This document shows positions 1-12,700 of a stretch of DNA of 64,000 nt, one piece after another. Below the pieces are notes generated by a model that made no database searches, had not been told where the DNA came from, and was given only the letters and a program-made list of their open reading frames with translations. The DNA is from Desulfatiglandales bacterium (GTDB taxonomy: Bacteria; Desulfobacterota; DSM-4660; Desulfatiglandales; Desulfatiglandaceae), in the NCBI GenBank assembly GCA_963666345.1, contig OY762721.1, positions 672,001 through 736,000 on the forward strand, read 5' to 3'. The translations under genes and the position numbers were made by a program. The first letter of the stretch is position 1, and the number at the start of each line of letters is the position of its first letter.

Positions 1-157
1 AATCAATGAGTTTTTTCAAAATGAATGCCCCTTTTTGGGGAGCAAAGGAAAGCATGTGCAATGCATCCTCCACTTTTTTCCCCCTCACCTCATCCATTAT
101 AAGTCGAATCTTACGGGGCGAAACCCTAACATATTTTGCTGCTGCCTTTATTTCCAT
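1..157 (-). CDS. rplV: 50S ribosomal protein L22 (5' part; runs off window edge)
   Basis: Manual translation MEIKAAAKYVRVSPRKIRLIMDEVRGKKVEDALHMLSF...; follows rpsS as in the S10 operon; not in the ORF track because truncated. Confidence 0.95.
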   Translation of the reverse strand, partial: MEIKAAAKYVRVSPRKIRLIMDEVRGKKVEDALHMLSFAPQKGAFILKKLID

Positions 158-189
158 TTTTTCTCTTCTACAAAATCCCAGGTGGATAT

Positions 190-480
190 TTATTTCTTCT
201 TGCCCTTTAGTTTAGACTTTTTATCCCCGGCATGGCCGAAAAATATTCTTGTTGGCGAAAACTCCCCAAGTTTGTGACCAACCATATCCTCAGTCACAAA
301 AACAGGCAGGAATTTTTTGCCGTTATGAACGGCAAAAGTCAGACCGACGAATTCCGGGAGAATGGTTGATCTGCGCGACCATGTCTTAATAATTTTTCTA
401 CTCTGGGTCTCACCCGCCTTTTCCACCTTGCTCATCAGGTGTTCATCAACAAAAGGACCCTTCTTCAAAGATCTTGGCAA
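190..480 (-). CDS. rpsS: 30S ribosomal protein S19
   Basis: [12 protein letters not shown]...[11 protein letters not shown]...[14 protein letters not shown] start. Confidence 0.98.
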   Translation of the reverse strand: MPRSLKKGPFVDEHLMSKVEKAGETQSRKIIKTWSRRSTILPEFVGLTFAVHNGKKFLPVFVTEDMVGHKLGEFSPTRIFFGHAGDKKSKLKGKKK

Positions 481-536
481 ACCTTTTTCCTCCTATGACA
501 TTTTCCAAATTAGGCACAACCGAAGTCATATCGCCT

Positions 537-1361
537 TTACTTGGTTCTCCTTCTAATTATCAGCCTATCACTCGCCTTCTTCACTCTGGTCTTGTAACCC
601 TTGGTCGGGACTCCCCAAGGCGTTACCGGATGTCGCCCACCGGATGACTTTCCCTCACCGCCTCCATGCGGATGATCTACCGGATTCATGGCCACTCCTC
701 TGACATGCGGCCTCTTACCAAGCCACCTGTTACGCCCTGCTTTCCCGATGGAGGCCTTCTCATGCTCAAGGTTCCCAACCTGACCGATGGTTGCCTTACA
801 TTCAAGTCTCACCATCCTCACCTCGCCGGAGGGAAGCTTAATTTGCGCGTACTTACCCTCTTTTGCCATAAGTTGACCATATCCCCCGGCACTTCTGGCA
901 AGTTGCCCGCCATGCCCGGCATTCAACTCTATATTATGTATATGGCTTCCAAGCGGTATTTCCTTGAGAGGCAACGCATTACCGGTCCTGATTTCGCCAC
1001 CGGTTCCTGACACCACTTTATCACCTACACTCAGCTTATTCGGCGCCAGAATGTAACGTTTTTCCCCATCAACATAGTGCAATAATGCAATATTTGAAGA
1101 GCGGTTCGGATCGTACTCAATCGAAGCAACCTTGGCCGGAATACCGTCTTTGTCCCTCTTAAAATCAATCACACGGTATTTCCTTTTATGGCCTCCACCT
1201 TTATGTCTGCTTGTGACTCGACCCAGCGAATTTCTTCCACCGCTTTTTCTTACAGGTCGCAACAGCCCTTTTTCAGGTTCCTTTTTGGTTATCTCCTCAA
1301 AGCTGGAAGAGGTCTGAAATCTTCTGCCTGGAGAGGTCGGTTTATTTGTCTTTATAGCCAT
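537..1361 (-). CDS. rplB: 50S ribosomal protein L2
   Basis: IEYDPNRS and [17 protein letters not shown] motifs. Confidence 0.99.
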   Translation of the reverse strand: MAIKTNKPTSPGRRFQTSSSFEEITKKEPEKGLLRPVRKSGGRNSLGRVTSRHKGGGHKRKYRVIDFKRDKDGIPAKVASIEYDPNRSSNIALLHYVDGEKRYILAPNKLSVGDKVVSGTGGEIRTGNALPLKEIPLGSHIHNIELNAGHGGQLARSAGGYGQLMAKEGKYAQIKLPSGEVRMVRLECKATIGQVGNLEHEKASIGKAGRNRWLGKRPHVRGVAMNPVDHPHGGGEGKSSGGRHPVTPWGVPTKGYKTRVKKASDRLIIRRRTK

Positions 1362-1394
1362 TCCTGTCTCCGCATAAATCTATTTCAACGAAAC

Positions 1395-1682
1395 CTACAT
1401 ACCTTCAAAAAATTCAATCTTCTCATCAGGCTTCAGTTTTACTATGGCCTTTTTCCAATCGGCCCTTTTGCCGAGGCTTTTCCCCATCCTTCGTTTTTTG
1501 CCCCTTACGTTCATAGTCTTCACTTCCACGACCTTCGTCTTTAAAAGGGCCTCAACAGCCCTTCGTATCTCTATCTTGTTCGCTTTTTTATGAACCTTGA
1601 AGGAAACCTGATTAAAGCCCTCTTTTTGAATGTTTGCCTTTTCTGTAATGTGGGGCTCTCTTATAACCTGATAGATATCCAC
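1395..1682 (-). CDS. rplW: 50S ribosomal protein L23
   Basis: PHITEKA...ANKIEIRRAVE...WKKAIVKL; position in S10 operon. Confidence 0.97.
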   Translation of the reverse strand: MDIYQVIREPHITEKANIQKEGFNQVSFKVHKKANKIEIRRAVEALLKTKVVEVKTMNVRGKKRRMGKSLGKRADWKKAIVKLKPDEKIEFFEGM

Positions 1683-2305
1683 TATGACACCAAAGCCTCC
1701 TGTATCTTTCCAATTACCGATTGCTCAAGGACAAGGTGATCGTGGGTCAAGATATCATACACATTAATTCCCTGAAACCGCATCACCTTTACCCAAGGAA
1801 CATTTTTTGAAGACCTCTCCAAATTTTCCTTCTTTTCTTCAGTTACAATGAGTGCCTTGCGGATCTCAAAATTCCCCATCACCCCCACAAATCCCTTTGT
1901 TTTGATATCAGGCAGGTCAAAACCATCAAGCACAACAAGTCGTTCGCTTTTCACCTTATCACTCAACGCCATACACAACGCCGATTTCCTGATCTTTTTC
2001 GACACCTTTTTCAGGTATTTTCGGGGCTCCGGACCGAATGCTACTCCGCCCCCGACCCTTGTAGGCGATTTTACCGACCCGGCCCTTGCCCTACCCGTGC
2101 CTTTTTGTCTATAGAGCTTGCTTCCGGAACCCCGTATTTCAGACCTACCTTTCACAGCGGAGGTTCCAGACCTTCTCTTTGCCAGCTGACTTACCACAAC
2201 CTGATGGAGAATATGCTTCTTTACAGGCACATTGAATATTTCATCGATAAGTTCTATTTCCGACGTTTTTTCTTTTTCGATATTATATACATCCAGCACA
2301 GCCAT
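1682..2305 (-). CDS. rplD: 50S ribosomal protein L4
   Basis: RQKGTGRARAGS...GGGVAFGP. Confidence 0.98.
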   Translation of the reverse strand: MAVLDVYNIEKEKTSEIELIDEIFNVPVKKHILHQVVVSQLAKRRSGTSAVKGRSEIRGSGSKLYRQKGTGRARAGSVKSPTRVGGGVAFGPEPRKYLKKVSKKIRKSALCMALSDKVKSERLVVLDGFDLPDIKTKGFVGVMGNFEIRKALIVTEEKKENLERSSKNVPWVKVMRFQGINVYDILTHDHLVLEQSVIGKIQEALVS

Positions 2306-2336
2306 CTTGCGCCTCAGACTTTTCTATGTAATAAAT

Positions 2337-2957
2337 TTAGGCCTTACAGATTTCCACAAAGCCGTTTTTACTGCCAGGGACAGCTCCTGCCACCAGAACT
2401 ATATCCATTTCAGGTCTTACATCTACAATTTTAAGGTTTTTAACTGTAACACGTTCATTCCCCATTTGTCCGGGAAGCTTCCTTCCCTTTTGAACCCTGC
2501 CGGGAGAAGCACTGCACCCTATTGAACCGGGTATCCTATGCGATCGGGATCCATGCGTCTTTCTGCCTCCGCCAAAACCCCATCTTTTCATTACCCCGGC
2601 GAACCCCCTACCTTTGCTCGAACCAATAACGGTAACGATATCGCCCGCGCTGAAGATATCCGATTTTATTTCCTGCCCGAGATCAAAGACAGCGGAATCC
2701 TCGACCCTTACTTCGCGCAGGTAGGCAAAGTATCCCTTTCCTGCTGCTTTTTGGTGCCCCTTTATAGGCCTGTTTACCCGATTTTCCTTTTTGGGTCCGT
2801 AACCGATCTGCACCGCATTGTACCCCTCTTTCTCAACACTCTTCTTCTGAGTTACCACGCAGGGTCCAACCTGGAGTATGGTCACAGGGACGCTTTTCCC
2901 CTCTTGGAGAAAATATCTGGTCATGCCCAATTTTTTACCATAAAGCTTATTCAACAT
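2337..2957 (-). CDS. rplC: 50S ribosomal protein L3
   Basis: GKKLGMT...SKGRGFAGVMKRWGF...HRIPGSIG; start moved to ATG at 2957 (MLNKLYG). Confidence 0.97.
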   Translation of the reverse strand: MLNKLYGKKLGMTRYFLQEGKSVPVTILQVGPCVVTQKKSVEKEGYNAVQIGYGPKKENRVNRPIKGHQKAAGKGYFAYLREVRVEDSAVFDLGQEIKSDIFSAGDIVTVIGSSKGRGFAGVMKRWGFGGGRKTHGSRSHRIPGSIGCSASPGRVQKGRKLPGQMGNERVTVKNLKIVDVRPEMDIVLVAGAVPGSKNGFVEICKA

Positions 2958-2993
2958 CGGAAGATGACTCCATTCTACTCTTGCCACCCAGGA

Positions 2994-3305
2994 TTACAGT
3001 TTTATTTCCACATCAACACCGGCTGCCAGGTCCAGCTTCATAAGTGCGTCGACAGTCTGCTGGGTCGGCTCCAGAATATCCAATAGGCGTTTGTGGGTCC
3101 TTATTTCAAACTGCTCCCTTGACTTCTTGTTAACGTGAGGAGACCTCAAAACACAGTATTTATTTATGACCGTAGGTACCGGAATCGGACCGGCCACTCT
3201 GGCACCGGTCTCCTTGGCAGTTTCAACAATCTCCAGGGCAGACTGATCCAACAACTTGTGATCGTAGGCCTTTAAGCGAATCCGGATTTTCTGATTTGCT
3301 ATCAT
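2994..3305 (-). CDS. rpsJ: 30S ribosomal protein S10
   Basis: [14 protein letters not shown]...[21 protein letters not shown]. Confidence 0.99.
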   Translation of the reverse strand: MIANQKIRIRLKAYDHKLLDQSALEIVETAKETGARVAGPIPVPTVINKYCVLRSPHVNKKSREQFEIRTHKRLLDILEPTQQTVDALMKLDLAAGVDVEIKL

Positions 3306-4525
3306 GCGGATCTCCCCTTATTCTATAATTTCACTGATGACACCTGCGCCAACAGTCCTTCCACCCTCTCGGATAGCAAAATTAAGCTCTTTTTCCATGG
3401 CTATCGGCATAATCAGACTGACTTCAACAGCTACGTTGTCTCCGGGCATCACCATCTCAACTCCCTCAGGCAGCGTAACGACACCTGTAACATCGGTAGT
3501 CCTGAAATAAAACTGCGGCCTGTATCCATTGAAAAACGGCGTATGACGCCCACCCTCTTCCTTGGTCAGAATGTACGCCTCCGCCTTGAATTTGGTATGA
3601 GGGGTTATCGTGGCAGGCTTGGCTACAACCTGACCCCGCTGAACCTCATCCCTCTTAGTACCCCTAAGCAAGACGCCTATATTGTCCCCGGCTTCACCCT
3701 GATCCAGTATCTTCCGAAACATCTCTACACCGGTGCATACCGTTTTGATAGTATCGGTAATACCTACTATCTCTACCTCTTCTCCTACCTTGATCACGCC
3801 TCGCTCAACTCGTCCCGTTACAACAGTACCGCGACCAGAAATAGAAAATACATCCTCAATAGGCATCAAAAACGCCTTGTCGGTATCCCTTACAGGTTCA
3901 GGAACAAATGAGTCCACCGCATCCATAAGCTCAAAGATCGGCTTGGCTTCCTCAGAGTCAGGATCATCACTCTCAAGCGCCTTCAAAGCACTGCCCCTGA
4001 TTATCGGCGTGTCATCACCAGGAAATTCATACTTGGTCAAAAGCTCCCTGAGCTCCAGCTCAACCAGCTCAACCAGCTCCTCATCATCAACCATGTCACA
4101 CTTATTCAAAAATACCACTATGCTCGGCACACCTACCTGCCTGGCAAGCAGTATATGCTCACGCGTCTGAGGCATGGGACCATCATCGGCACCAACTACC
4201 AAAATGGCTCCGTCCATCTGCGCAGCTCCCGTAATCATGTTCTTGATATAATCAGCGTGACCAGGACAATCTACATGTGCATAGTGCCTTTTATCGGTCT
4301 CGTATTCGACATGCGCCGTCGCTATCGTTATCCCCCTGGCCTTCTCCTCCGGAGCCTTGTCTATCTCGTCAAAGGGCACAAAATCCGCCATACCCTTCAT
4401 ACCCAGATGCTTCGTTATAGCCGCCGTCAATGTAGTCTTGCCATGGTCTATATGGCCTATCGTACCTATGTTTACGTGCGGCTTTGTCCTCTCAAATTTT
4501 TTCTTAGACATCTCCTCTCCTCCTC
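3306..4525. repeat. ~1.22-kb direct repeat, copy 1 (tuf plus short flanks); copy 2 at 17842-19061
   Basis: Identical translations; nucleotide sequence looks identical by eye including 12-14 nt flanks. Confidence 0.92.
3318..4511 (-). CDS. tuf: Elongation factor Tu (copy in str cluster)
   Basis: [31 protein letters not shown] motifs. Confidence 0.99.
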   Translation of the reverse strand: MSKKKFERTKPHVNIGTIGHIDHGKTTLTAAITKHLGMKGMADFVPFDEIDKAPEEKARGITIATAHVEYETDKRHYAHVDCPGHADYIKNMITGAAQMDGAILVVGADDGPMPQTREHILLARQVGVPSIVVFLNKCDMVDDEELVELVELELRELLTKYEFPGDDTPIIRGSALKALESDDPDSEEAKPIFELMDAVDSFVPEPVRDTDKAFLMPIEDVFSISGRGTVVTGRVERGVIKVGEEVEIVGITDTIKTVCTGVEMFRKILDQGEAGDNIGVLLRGTKRDEVQRGQVVAKPATITPHTKFKAEAYILTKEEGGRHTPFFNGYRPQFYFRTTDVTGVVTLPEGVEMVMPGDNVAVEVSLIMPIAMEKELNFAIREGGRTVGAGVISEIIE

Positions 4526-4588
4526 GAAGATTCTTATAAACGGTGCCGTCATGAAATATATTTGACTGCGGTTATTCCAAGCCTCAAT

Positions 4589-5059
4589 CTACCAGCGATA
4601 GTGAGCAAAGGCTTTATTCGCCTCAGCCATTCTATGGGTATCCTCTTTCTTCTTTATAGCCGCGCCTCTTGAATTGGACGCGTCGATAATTTCGCCGGCC
4701 AGTTTTCCATCCATCGTTTTTTCCCCTCTCTGACCGGCAAAGGCGATTATCCATCTGATACCCAGCGCCTGCCGCCTGGAAGGTCTCACCTCGGTAGGCA
4801 CCTGATAGGTAGAACCCCCGACTCTCCTGGATTTTACTTCCACTATAGGCCTTACATTCTCAATAGCCTTCTTGAAGACGCCCAGAGGATCCTGATTCGT
4901 CCTTTCGCTTATCAGATCAAAGGCCTTATAAAGCATTATTTGGGCGATACTTTTTTTCCCATCCTTCATAAGGTTGTTAATGAATTTCGCCACAAGCACG
5001 CTGTCGTACTTTGCATCCGGCGTTATCTTACGTTTGGCGATTACCCTTTTCCTCGACAT
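4589..5059 (-). CDS. rpsG: 30S ribosomal protein S7
   Basis: [14 protein letters not shown]...[15 protein letters not shown]; start set at MSRKR (5059). Confidence 0.98.
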   Translation of the reverse strand: MSRKRVIAKRKITPDAKYDSVLVAKFINNLMKDGKKSIAQIMLYKAFDLISERTNQDPLGVFKKAIENVRPIVEVKSRRVGGSTYQVPTEVRPSRRQALGIRWIIAFAGQRGEKTMDGKLAGEIIDASNSRGAAIKKKEDTHRMAEANKAFAHYRW

Positions 5060-5105
5060 ATAAAGCTCCCAAAATAGAGAAAAATACAATTACGATGAAA
5101 AAAAC

Positions 5106-5483
5106 CTATATGCTTTTAGGCTTTTTCGCACCATATTTAGACCTGCCCTGACGCCTATCTTCCACTCCGGTAGTATCCATTGTCCCTCTGACAATATGAT
5201 ATCTCACGCCTGGCAAATCCTTCACTCTCCCCCCCCTGATAAGAACAACCGAGTGCTCCTGAAGGTTATGACCCATTCCTGGAATATAGGAGGTTACCTC
5301 AATACCGTTTGTCAACCTGACCCTTGCCACCTTTCTAAGGGCGGAGTTCGGTTTTTTGGGCGTAGAGGTGTAAACCCTCACACAAACCCCTCTTTTTTGA
5401 GGAGCACCCTGCAATGCCGGGGTCTTCACTTTCTTCTTTGGTTTACTTCGTGCCTTCCTGACTAGCTGATTTATCGTCGGCAT
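5106..5483 (-). CDS. rpsL: 30S ribosomal protein S12
   Basis: [10 protein letters not shown]...[11 protein letters not shown]. Confidence 0.99.
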   Translation of the reverse strand: MPTINQLVRKARSKPKKKVKTPALQGAPQKRGVCVRVYTSTPKKPNSALRKVARVRLTNGIEVTSYIPGMGHNLQEHSVVLIRGGRVKDLPGVRYHIVRGTMDTTGVEDRRQGRSKYGAKKPKSI

Positions 5484-5564
5484 AGATTCTCCTTATACTT
5501 CCCTACAAGAGCTTCGAAATCAAGGGCATAATCCCTGACAGAAATGTTTTGCACAAAATTCTTT

Positions 5565-5593
5565 TTTTTACTTTTCCAAGCCCCTTCTGTCAA
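5565..5593 (-). promoter_or_regulatory. Putative sigma70 promoter of rpsL-rpsG-tuf
   Basis: Minus strand TTGACA-17 nt-TAAAAA about 80 nt upstream of rpsL. Confidence 0.55.
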
Positions 5594-5621
5594 GCTTTTT
5601 TATCTCTGTCTCTCAAAAAAA

Positions 5622-8600
5622 TTAGACCCTCGCGCCGATATCCATATCCCTATAAGATTTCACTCCCGTACCTGCCGGTACAAGGCGCCCCATTATAACA
5701 TTTTCCTTCAAACCTTTCAGATGGTCTACCTTCCCAGCCACGCTTGCATCGGAAAGGACCTTGGTCGTTTCCTGGAAAGATGCCGCTGAGATAAAACTCT
5801 CAGTGCTTAAAGACGCCTTGGTGATACCCAGCAAAAGAGGTTCCGCAGTAGCAGGCGTTCCTCCGGCTTTTACAATTTTTTTGTTTTCATCTTCAAATCG
5901 CCATCTTTCAACATGTTCATCCAGAAGGAACTGGGAATCACCGACGCTGATGACGCTCACCTGCCTGAGCATCTGTCGGACAATGACTTCAATATGCTTG
6001 TCATTTATCTTCACCCCCTGAAGGCGATAAACCTCCTGTACCTCGTTTACCAGATACTTAGCGAGTTCTTTTATTCCTCTTATCTTGAGGATGTCATGAG
6101 GATCGGCGGATCCGTCCATAAGGGCCTCACCGGCCCTCACATAGTCGCCTTCAAGAACGCTCAGGTGTTTACCCCTTGCCATGAAATAATTGACAGGGTC
6201 ACCTATTTCAGGCGTAATAGTCACCTTTCTCTTTCCCTTTGTATATTTACCAAAAGATACGACCCCGTCTATTTCACTTATAATAGCCGTTTCTTTCGGC
6301 TTTCTGACCTCAAAAAGCTCCGCGACCCTGGGCAAACCTCCAGTAATATCCTTTGTCTTGGTTGTCTCTCTTGGTATCTTGGCCAAAACCGCTCCAGGGC
6401 CCACCTTTTCACCCTCATTAACCCTTATAACGGCACCTACAGGGAGCTGATAACGAGCCTTCCCCTTTTCGCTTCCTGATACGCTTGCCGTCTTTCCGCT
6501 CTCATCCTTAATGGAAATTCTGGGCCTGATGTCCAAATCACGGGATTCAACGACTACCCGACTGATTTTACCGGTCACCTGATCGCGCTTTTCCTGTATG
6601 GTGTGTCCTTCGATCACGTCACCAAATTTTACGACACCCGGCACCTCAGTCATAATGGGAATGGTAAAGGGATCCCATTCAGCCAAAATCTGATCCGGTT
6701 TCACCTTCTGTTTGTCCTTAATTTTGAGAGTGGCACCATAGATTATCGGATACCGTTCTACTTCCCTTCCTCCTTTGCCCAGTATGGATACCTCTCCATT
6801 CCGGTTCATAACCACAAGGTTGCCTTCCTCGTTCTCAACGGTCTTCAAGTTTATGAATCTGACCTGTCCTTGATTTCTCGGCTGCATAGTGGATTGTTCC
6901 ACCCGCCTGCTTGCAGTACCACCGATGTGAAAGGTTCTCATGGTCAGCTGGGTACCTGGTTCACCAATTGACTGAGCCGCGATTATTCCTACAGCTTCAC
7001 CGATATTAACCTCATGACCGTGCGCAAGATCCCTTCCATAACACTTCTTGCATACTCCCAGCTTGGATTCGCAGGTAAGCGCCGACCTTATCAGCACCCT
7101 TTCAATTCCCGCCCCCTCGATCTTTTTCACCTTGTCCTCGGTAATCTCCTCGTTGGCACCGACGAGCAGGTCTCCGGTTACCGGGTCATAAACATCTTGA
7201 AGAGTCGTCCTGCCAAGCACACGCTCCCCCACCCTCTGGAGTATTTCACCTCCCTCCACAAGGGCGTCCACCCAGATCCCGTCCATGGTTCGGCAATCAT
7301 CTTCCGTAATGATCGCATCCTGAGATACATCCACCAATCTCCTTGTCAGATAACCTGAGTTTGCAGTCTTTAATGCGGTATCTGCCAGGCCCTTTCTGGC
7401 CCCGTGCGTGGAAATAAAATATTGCAGTACCGTGAGGCCTTCGCGAAAATTGGATGTGATAGGAGTCTCAATAATTTCACCTGAGGGCTTTGCCATCAAT
7501 CCTCTCATGCCGGCAAGCTGTCGCATCTGATCTTTACTTCCCCTCGCCCCGGAATCGGACATCATGTAAATCGCATTGAAACTGGATGAGCTCTTGGTCT
7601 TTCCCTCCGGAGAAACGAAGCTCTCTTTAGCCAACTCGTTCATCATTTCAGAAGCGACATCCTCTGTTGACTGGGCCCAGATATCGACCACTTTATTATA
7701 TTTCTCGCCATCGGTGATAAGGCCACTGGTGTACTGATCGCCGATTTTTTTGACCTCACTCTCAGCCTGATCAATGATACTATTCTTCTTATAAGGTATT
7801 ATCATATCCTTCATGGCGATAGACGTGCCTGACATAGTCGCATGCTTGTAACCTATGTCTTTGAGTCTATCTGCCAATATGACGGTTGCTTTAACCCCGG
7901 CCATCCGATACGACTCGTTTATGAGATTACGCAATTCCTTTTTTGTCATCACCCTGTTGATTGAGGAAAAAGGAATTCCTTCGGGCAGGATTTCGGAAAG
8001 GATAATCCTGCCTGTGGTGGTTTCAACGATATCGCCATCGTTCCTCACTTTAATCGAGGCGTGAAGATCCAGTTCACCGGAATCATAGGCGATCCGCACC
8101 TCATTAGGGCCGGAAAAGACTTTGCCCTCACCTTTACAAAAAGGCCTTTCCCTTGTCATGTAATATATTCCTAGCACGATATCCTGGCTGGGCACTATAA
8201 TAGGATCACCGTTGGCCGGAGATAATATATTGTTTGTTGACATCATCAAGACCCTGGCCTCTATCTGGGCCTCAATTGAAAGCGGCACGTGAACGGCCAT
8301 TTGGTCACCGTCGAAATCCGCGTTAAAGGCTGTACACACAAGCGGATGAAGCTGGATAGCCTTTCCTTCGATAAGAATGGGCTCAAAGGCCTGCATACCC
8401 AACCGATGCAGTGTAGGTGCCCTGTTCAGTATGATGCAGTACTCTCTTACCACATCATCAAGGGCGTCCCAAACTTCGGAAGTCTCCCTTTCAACCAGTT
8501 TTTTGGCACTTTTAATGGTAGTTACAAGACCCTTTTCATCCAGTTTGTTGTAAATAAAGGGCTTAAAAAGTTCCAGGGCCATCTTTTTAGGAAGCCCGCA

Positions 8601-9695
8601 TTGATGAAGCCTCAGATTTGGTCCTACCACGATGACCGAACGCCCCGAATAGTCAACTCGTTTACCTAGGAGATTTTGCCTGAATCTACCCTGTTTTCCC
8701 TTCAGCATATCGCTTAGTGATTTGAAGGGTCTCTTATTTGCCCCGGTAACGACCTTTCCCCTCCTGCCGTTGTCAAAAAGGACATCCACGGCTTCCTGAA
8801 GCATCCTCTTTTCATTGCGGACGATTATATCCGGCGCACTGAGCTCCAAAAGCCTTTCCAATCTGTTATTACGATTTATTACCCTTCGGTATAAATCATT
8901 CAGATCAGATGTGGCAAAACGCCCACCGTCGAGTGGAACAAGCGGCCTGAGGTCGGGAGGCAACACAGGTACGGCGTTCATTATCAGCCATTCAGGTTTA
9001 TTTTTTGATTCCTTGAAAGCGTCAATTATCTTGAGGCGCTTGGCAAGCTTCTTTCTTTTTGCCTCCGAACGAGCCCCGATCATCTCAACCCTGAGTGAAT
9101 TGGACAAATCATCTAAATCAAGGCCTTTGAGCATTTTTTGAATCGCCTCGGCCCCAATGCCGGCCTCGAATTTATCCCCGTAGTCTTCTCTTGCCTGAAT
9201 AAGCTGCTCATCGGTTAAGATGGTCCCGTTTGAAATGGGCGTATCTTTTCCATCTATGACTATATAGCATTCAAAATACAGTACCCGTTCCAGATCCTTT
9301 AATGTCAAGTCGAGGAGATTTCCTACCTTTGAAGGAAGACACTTTAGGAACCATATGTGAGCGACAGGCGCTGCAAGTTCTATGTGCCCCATCCGTTCCC
9401 TACGGACCTTGGACTGGATTACCTCCACACCGCACTTTTCGCAAACGATTCCACGGTGCTTCATCCTCTTGTACTTGCCGCAATTGCACTCATAGTCCTT
9501 TATCGGCCCAAATATTTTTGAACAAAAAAGCCCATCCCTTTCGGGCTTGAAGGTCCTGTAATTAATTGTCTCCGGCTTCTTGACTTCGCCGAAAGACCAT
9601 TCCCTGATTTTCTCGGGTGATGCCAGCGATATCCTTACAGCGTTAAAACTTGATGGATCCTTCGGCTTTGTAAAGAAACTGTATAATTCTTCCAA
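5622..9695 (-). CDS. rpoC: RNA polymerase beta' subunit
   Basis: [12 protein letters not shown] catalytic motif, Zn-finger CECNCGK...[12 protein letters not shown]. Confidence 0.99.
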   Translation of the reverse strand: MEELYSFFTKPKDPSSFNAVRISLASPEKIREWSFGEVKKPETINYRTFKPERDGLFCSKIFGPIKDYECNCGKYKRMKHRGIVCEKCGVEVIQSKVRRERMGHIELAAPVAHIWFLKCLPSKVGNLLDLTLKDLERVLYFECYIVIDGKDTPISNGTILTDEQLIQAREDYGDKFEAGIGAEAIQKMLKGLDLDDLSNSLRVEMIGARSEAKRKKLAKRLKIIDAFKESKNKPEWLIMNAVPVLPPDLRPLVPLDGGRFATSDLNDLYRRVINRNNRLERLLELSAPDIIVRNEKRMLQEAVDVLFDNGRRGKVVTGANKRPFKSLSDMLKGKQGRFRQNLLGKRVDYSGRSVIVVGPNLRLHQCGLPKKMALELFKPFIYNKLDEKGLVTTIKSAKKLVERETSEVWDALDDVVREYCIILNRAPTLHRLGMQAFEPILIEGKAIQLHPLVCTAFNADFDGDQMAVHVPLSIEAQIEARVLMMSTNNILSPANGDPIIVPSQDIVLGIYYMTRERPFCKGEGKVFSGPNEVRIAYDSGELDLHASIKVRNDGDIVETTTGRIILSEILPEGIPFSSINRVMTKKELRNLINESYRMAGVKATVILADRLKDIGYKHATMSGTSIAMKDMIIPYKKNSIIDQAESEVKKIGDQYTSGLITDGEKYNKVVDIWAQSTEDVASEMMNELAKESFVSPEGKTKSSSSFNAIYMMSDSGARGSKDQMRQLAGMRGLMAKPSGEIIETPITSNFREGLTVLQYFISTHGARKGLADTALKTANSGYLTRRLVDVSQDAIITEDDCRTMDGIWVDALVEGGEILQRVGERVLGRTTLQDVYDPVTGDLLVGANEEITEDKVKKIEGAGIERVLIRSALTCESKLGVCKKCYGRDLAHGHEVNIGEAVGIIAAQSIGEPGTQLTMRTFHIGGTASRRVEQSTMQPRNQGQVRFINLKTVENEEGNLVVMNRNGEVSILGKGGREVERYPIIYGATLKIKDKQKVKPDQILAEWDPFTIPIMTEVPGVVKFGDVIEGHTIQEKRDQVTGKISRVVVESRDLDIRPRISIKDESGKTASVSGSEKGKARYQLPVGAVIRVNEGEKVGPGAVLAKIPRETTKTKDITGGLPRVAELFEVRKPKETAIISEIDGVVSFGKYTKGKRKVTITPEIGDPVNYFMARGKHLSVLEGDYVRAGEALMDGSADPHDILKIRGIKELAKYLVNEVQEVYRLQGVKINDKHIEVIVRQMLRQVSVISVGDSQFLLDEHVERWRFEDENKKIVKAGGTPATAEPLLLGITKASLSTESFISAASFQETTKVLSDASVAGKVDHLKGLKENVIMGRLVPAGTGVKSYRDMDIGARV

Positions 9696-9798
9696 TGCCT
9701 CTCTCCTTTACTAGCTCTTATTTACCAAAGATATGCATACATCTGTCGATACAGCAGTCTTTTTTAATAAGAGCTAAAAGATGTTTCCTGCAATTCCC

Positions 9799-12700
9799 TT
9801 AGGCTTGACTGTCCTCGAACAGCTGTATCTCCAATCCGAGACTCTGAAGCTCTTTCATCAACACCTTAAATGATTCAGGCAACCCGGCCTCAAGGACATT
9901 GTTACCCTTCACTATCCTTTCATACATCCTGGTTCTGCCCGCAACATCATCGGATTTGACAGTCAGGAATTCCTGGAGTGAATATGCCGCTCCGTAGGCC
10001 TCCATTGCCCACACCTCCATCTCACCTAGTCTCTGACCTCCAAATTGTGCCTTACCGCCCAATGGCTGCTGAGTAACCAGCGAATAAGGGCCGATTGATC
10101 TTGCATGGAGTTTGTCGTCTACAAGGTGGTGAAGCTTGAGAATGTACATTATGCCTACGGTTACCTCCTGGTCAAAGGGCTCGCCGGTCCTTCCATCGTA
10201 GAGTTTAGCCTGTCCCCCAATGGGCAGACCAGCCTCTTTAAAGGCACCTTTGATTTCATCTTCATCGGCCCCGTCAAAAACCGGCGTAGCCATGGGGACA
10301 CCGTTTGTCAAAAGTCTTGCCTTTTTCATGATATCTTGATCAGAGACGTTTTTAAATTCTTTCTCATACTGATCGGAAGGATAAATCCTCCTCATCTTCT
10401 CTCTTATTTGGCTGATATCCGTGCCTTTATCCAGCAAATCAGCTATCTGTCTTCCAAGTGCTCGAGATGCCCAGCCCAAATGTGTTTCCAATACCTGCCC
10501 GACATTCATCCTTGATGGAACACCAAGGGGATTCAGCACTACATCCACGGGAGTCCCATCAGTAAAATAGGGCATGTCTTCGATAGGTAGAATCCGTGAC
10601 AAGACCCCTTTATTGCCGTGACGCCCTGCCATTTTGTCACCCACGGATAGTTTTCTCTTTACGGCGACATATACTTTCACCATCTTGATTACGCCGGGAG
10701 CCAACTCGTCGCCGAGGCTCAATCTGTCTGTTTTATCGTCAAAAACCCTTGAAATCCGCGACACCTTGGAAGAGTAATTTGAAATTATGGCCTCAACCTT
10801 TTCAATCACGTCCATGGAGACTTTCAAATCTGCCCTATTCCATTCTTCAACAGGTATGAGGTCGATATCCTCCGCTTTTATCGACTTTTCAGCGGACAGC
10901 AAGACTTTGCTGGAAGCCCTTTCAATCAGATCGGTCTTAAGTTTTTTACCTAAAAGGATTTCCCTTATCTTCTCACGGGCGCTTCTCCCTATCACCTCTA
11001 TTTCATCATTCAGATTCTTTTCAAGTTTCTGTCTTTCTTCCGCTTCAATGGAAAGACTGCGTTGATCCTTTTCAACGCCTCTCCTGGAGAAGACCTTTGC
11101 ATCTATTACGATTCCTTTAACACCTGGCGGGACCCTCAGAGAAGTATCTTTAACGTCACCCGCCTTATCTCCGAATATCGCCCTTAGCAATTTTTCTTCC
11201 GGAGAAAGCTGGGTTTCACCTTTGGGTGTAATTTTTCCAACTAATACATCACCCGCTTTAATCTCCGCGCCGACCTTTATAATACCGCTCTCGTCGAGGT
11301 TTTTGAGTGCATCCTCACCCACATTAGGAATATCTCTGGTAATTTCCTCTTTTCCCAGTTTTGTATCTCTCGATACCACTTCGAATTCTTCTATATGTAT
11401 AGATGTATATACATCTTCCTTGACTACTCTTTCACTGATCAGAATCGAATCCTCAAAATTATATCCGCCCCATGACATAAATGCCACCATAACATTCTGC
11501 CCCAGGGCAAGTTCTCCAAGTTCGCAAGCCGGACCATCAGCGATAATCTGGCCTTTTTTTACAAAATCACCTCTCGTTACTACAGGCTTCTGGTTGTAGC
11601 AGCTGTTCTGATTTGATCGCTTGAATTTTGTCAGTTTGTATATCTCAACTTCAGGTTCATCATTGTCTGTTCCACCATTTGATCTAATAACTATTCGGGA
11701 GGCATCCACATCCTCTACTATACCCTCCCTTTTTGCAATAACAGATGTACCGGAGTCTCTGGCTATCACACTTTCTATGCCGGTACCTACCAGGGGAGCA
11801 CTTGCTTTAAGAAGTGGTACCGCCTGACGCTGCATGTTTGAACCCATGAGAGCCCTGTTTGCATCGTCATGCTCAAGGAATGGTATTATAGATGCCGAAA
11901 CACTTACCAACTGATCCGGAGACACATCCATATATTGCACATCCTGAACAGGTATCTTGGCGGCTTCGCCCTCTATTCTAACCGCGGCTTCCTCTCTCAA
12001 AAAACAGCCTTTAGTATCAAGGGGCGCATTGGCCTGAGCAATCGGGAATTCCTTTTCTTCAAGTGCTGAAAGAAATTTGATTTTTTTAGTTGCCACACCA
12101 TTTTCAACATGCCTGTAAGGAGTTTCAATAAAACCGTAGTCATTTACTCTTGCATATGTGCTCAGCGATACAATAAGGCCGATATTTGGGCCTTCAGGCG
12201 TTTCAATGGGACAGATTCTGCCGTAGTGAGTAGGATGAACGTCTCTAACCTCAAAGCCTGCCCTTTCTCTTGTCAGACCACCCGGACCCAAAGCACTTAG
12301 TCTCCTCTTATGTGTAACTTCAGACAGAGGGTTGGTTTGATCCATGAACTGCGAAAGTTGACTCGTACCGAAAAACTCCTTTACTACGGCAGAAGCAGGC
12401 TTGGAATTGATCAAATCATGCGGCATCAGGGTTTCGACCTCCTGAAGGCTCATCCTTTCCTTGATCGCTCTTTCCATGCGGACAAGTCCGATTCTGTATT
12501 GATTTTCAAGAAGTTCACCCACCGCCCGCACTCTTCTGTTGCCTAGATTATCTATGTCGTCCACAACCGCTTCAGCATTTTTAAGTCTTATCAACTCATG
12601 AACAGTCGCGATAATATCCTCTTTTCGAAGTGTACGCTGTTCAAGTGAAACATCGAGGTTTAAACGATAGTTCAACTTCAATCTGCCGACTGTAGAAAGG

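Noticed and set aside
4052..4080. Short tandem CAGCTCAAC repeats in both tuf copies
   Set aside because: Encodes the conserved [10 protein letters not shown] segment of EF-Tu; not a DNA-level repeat system.
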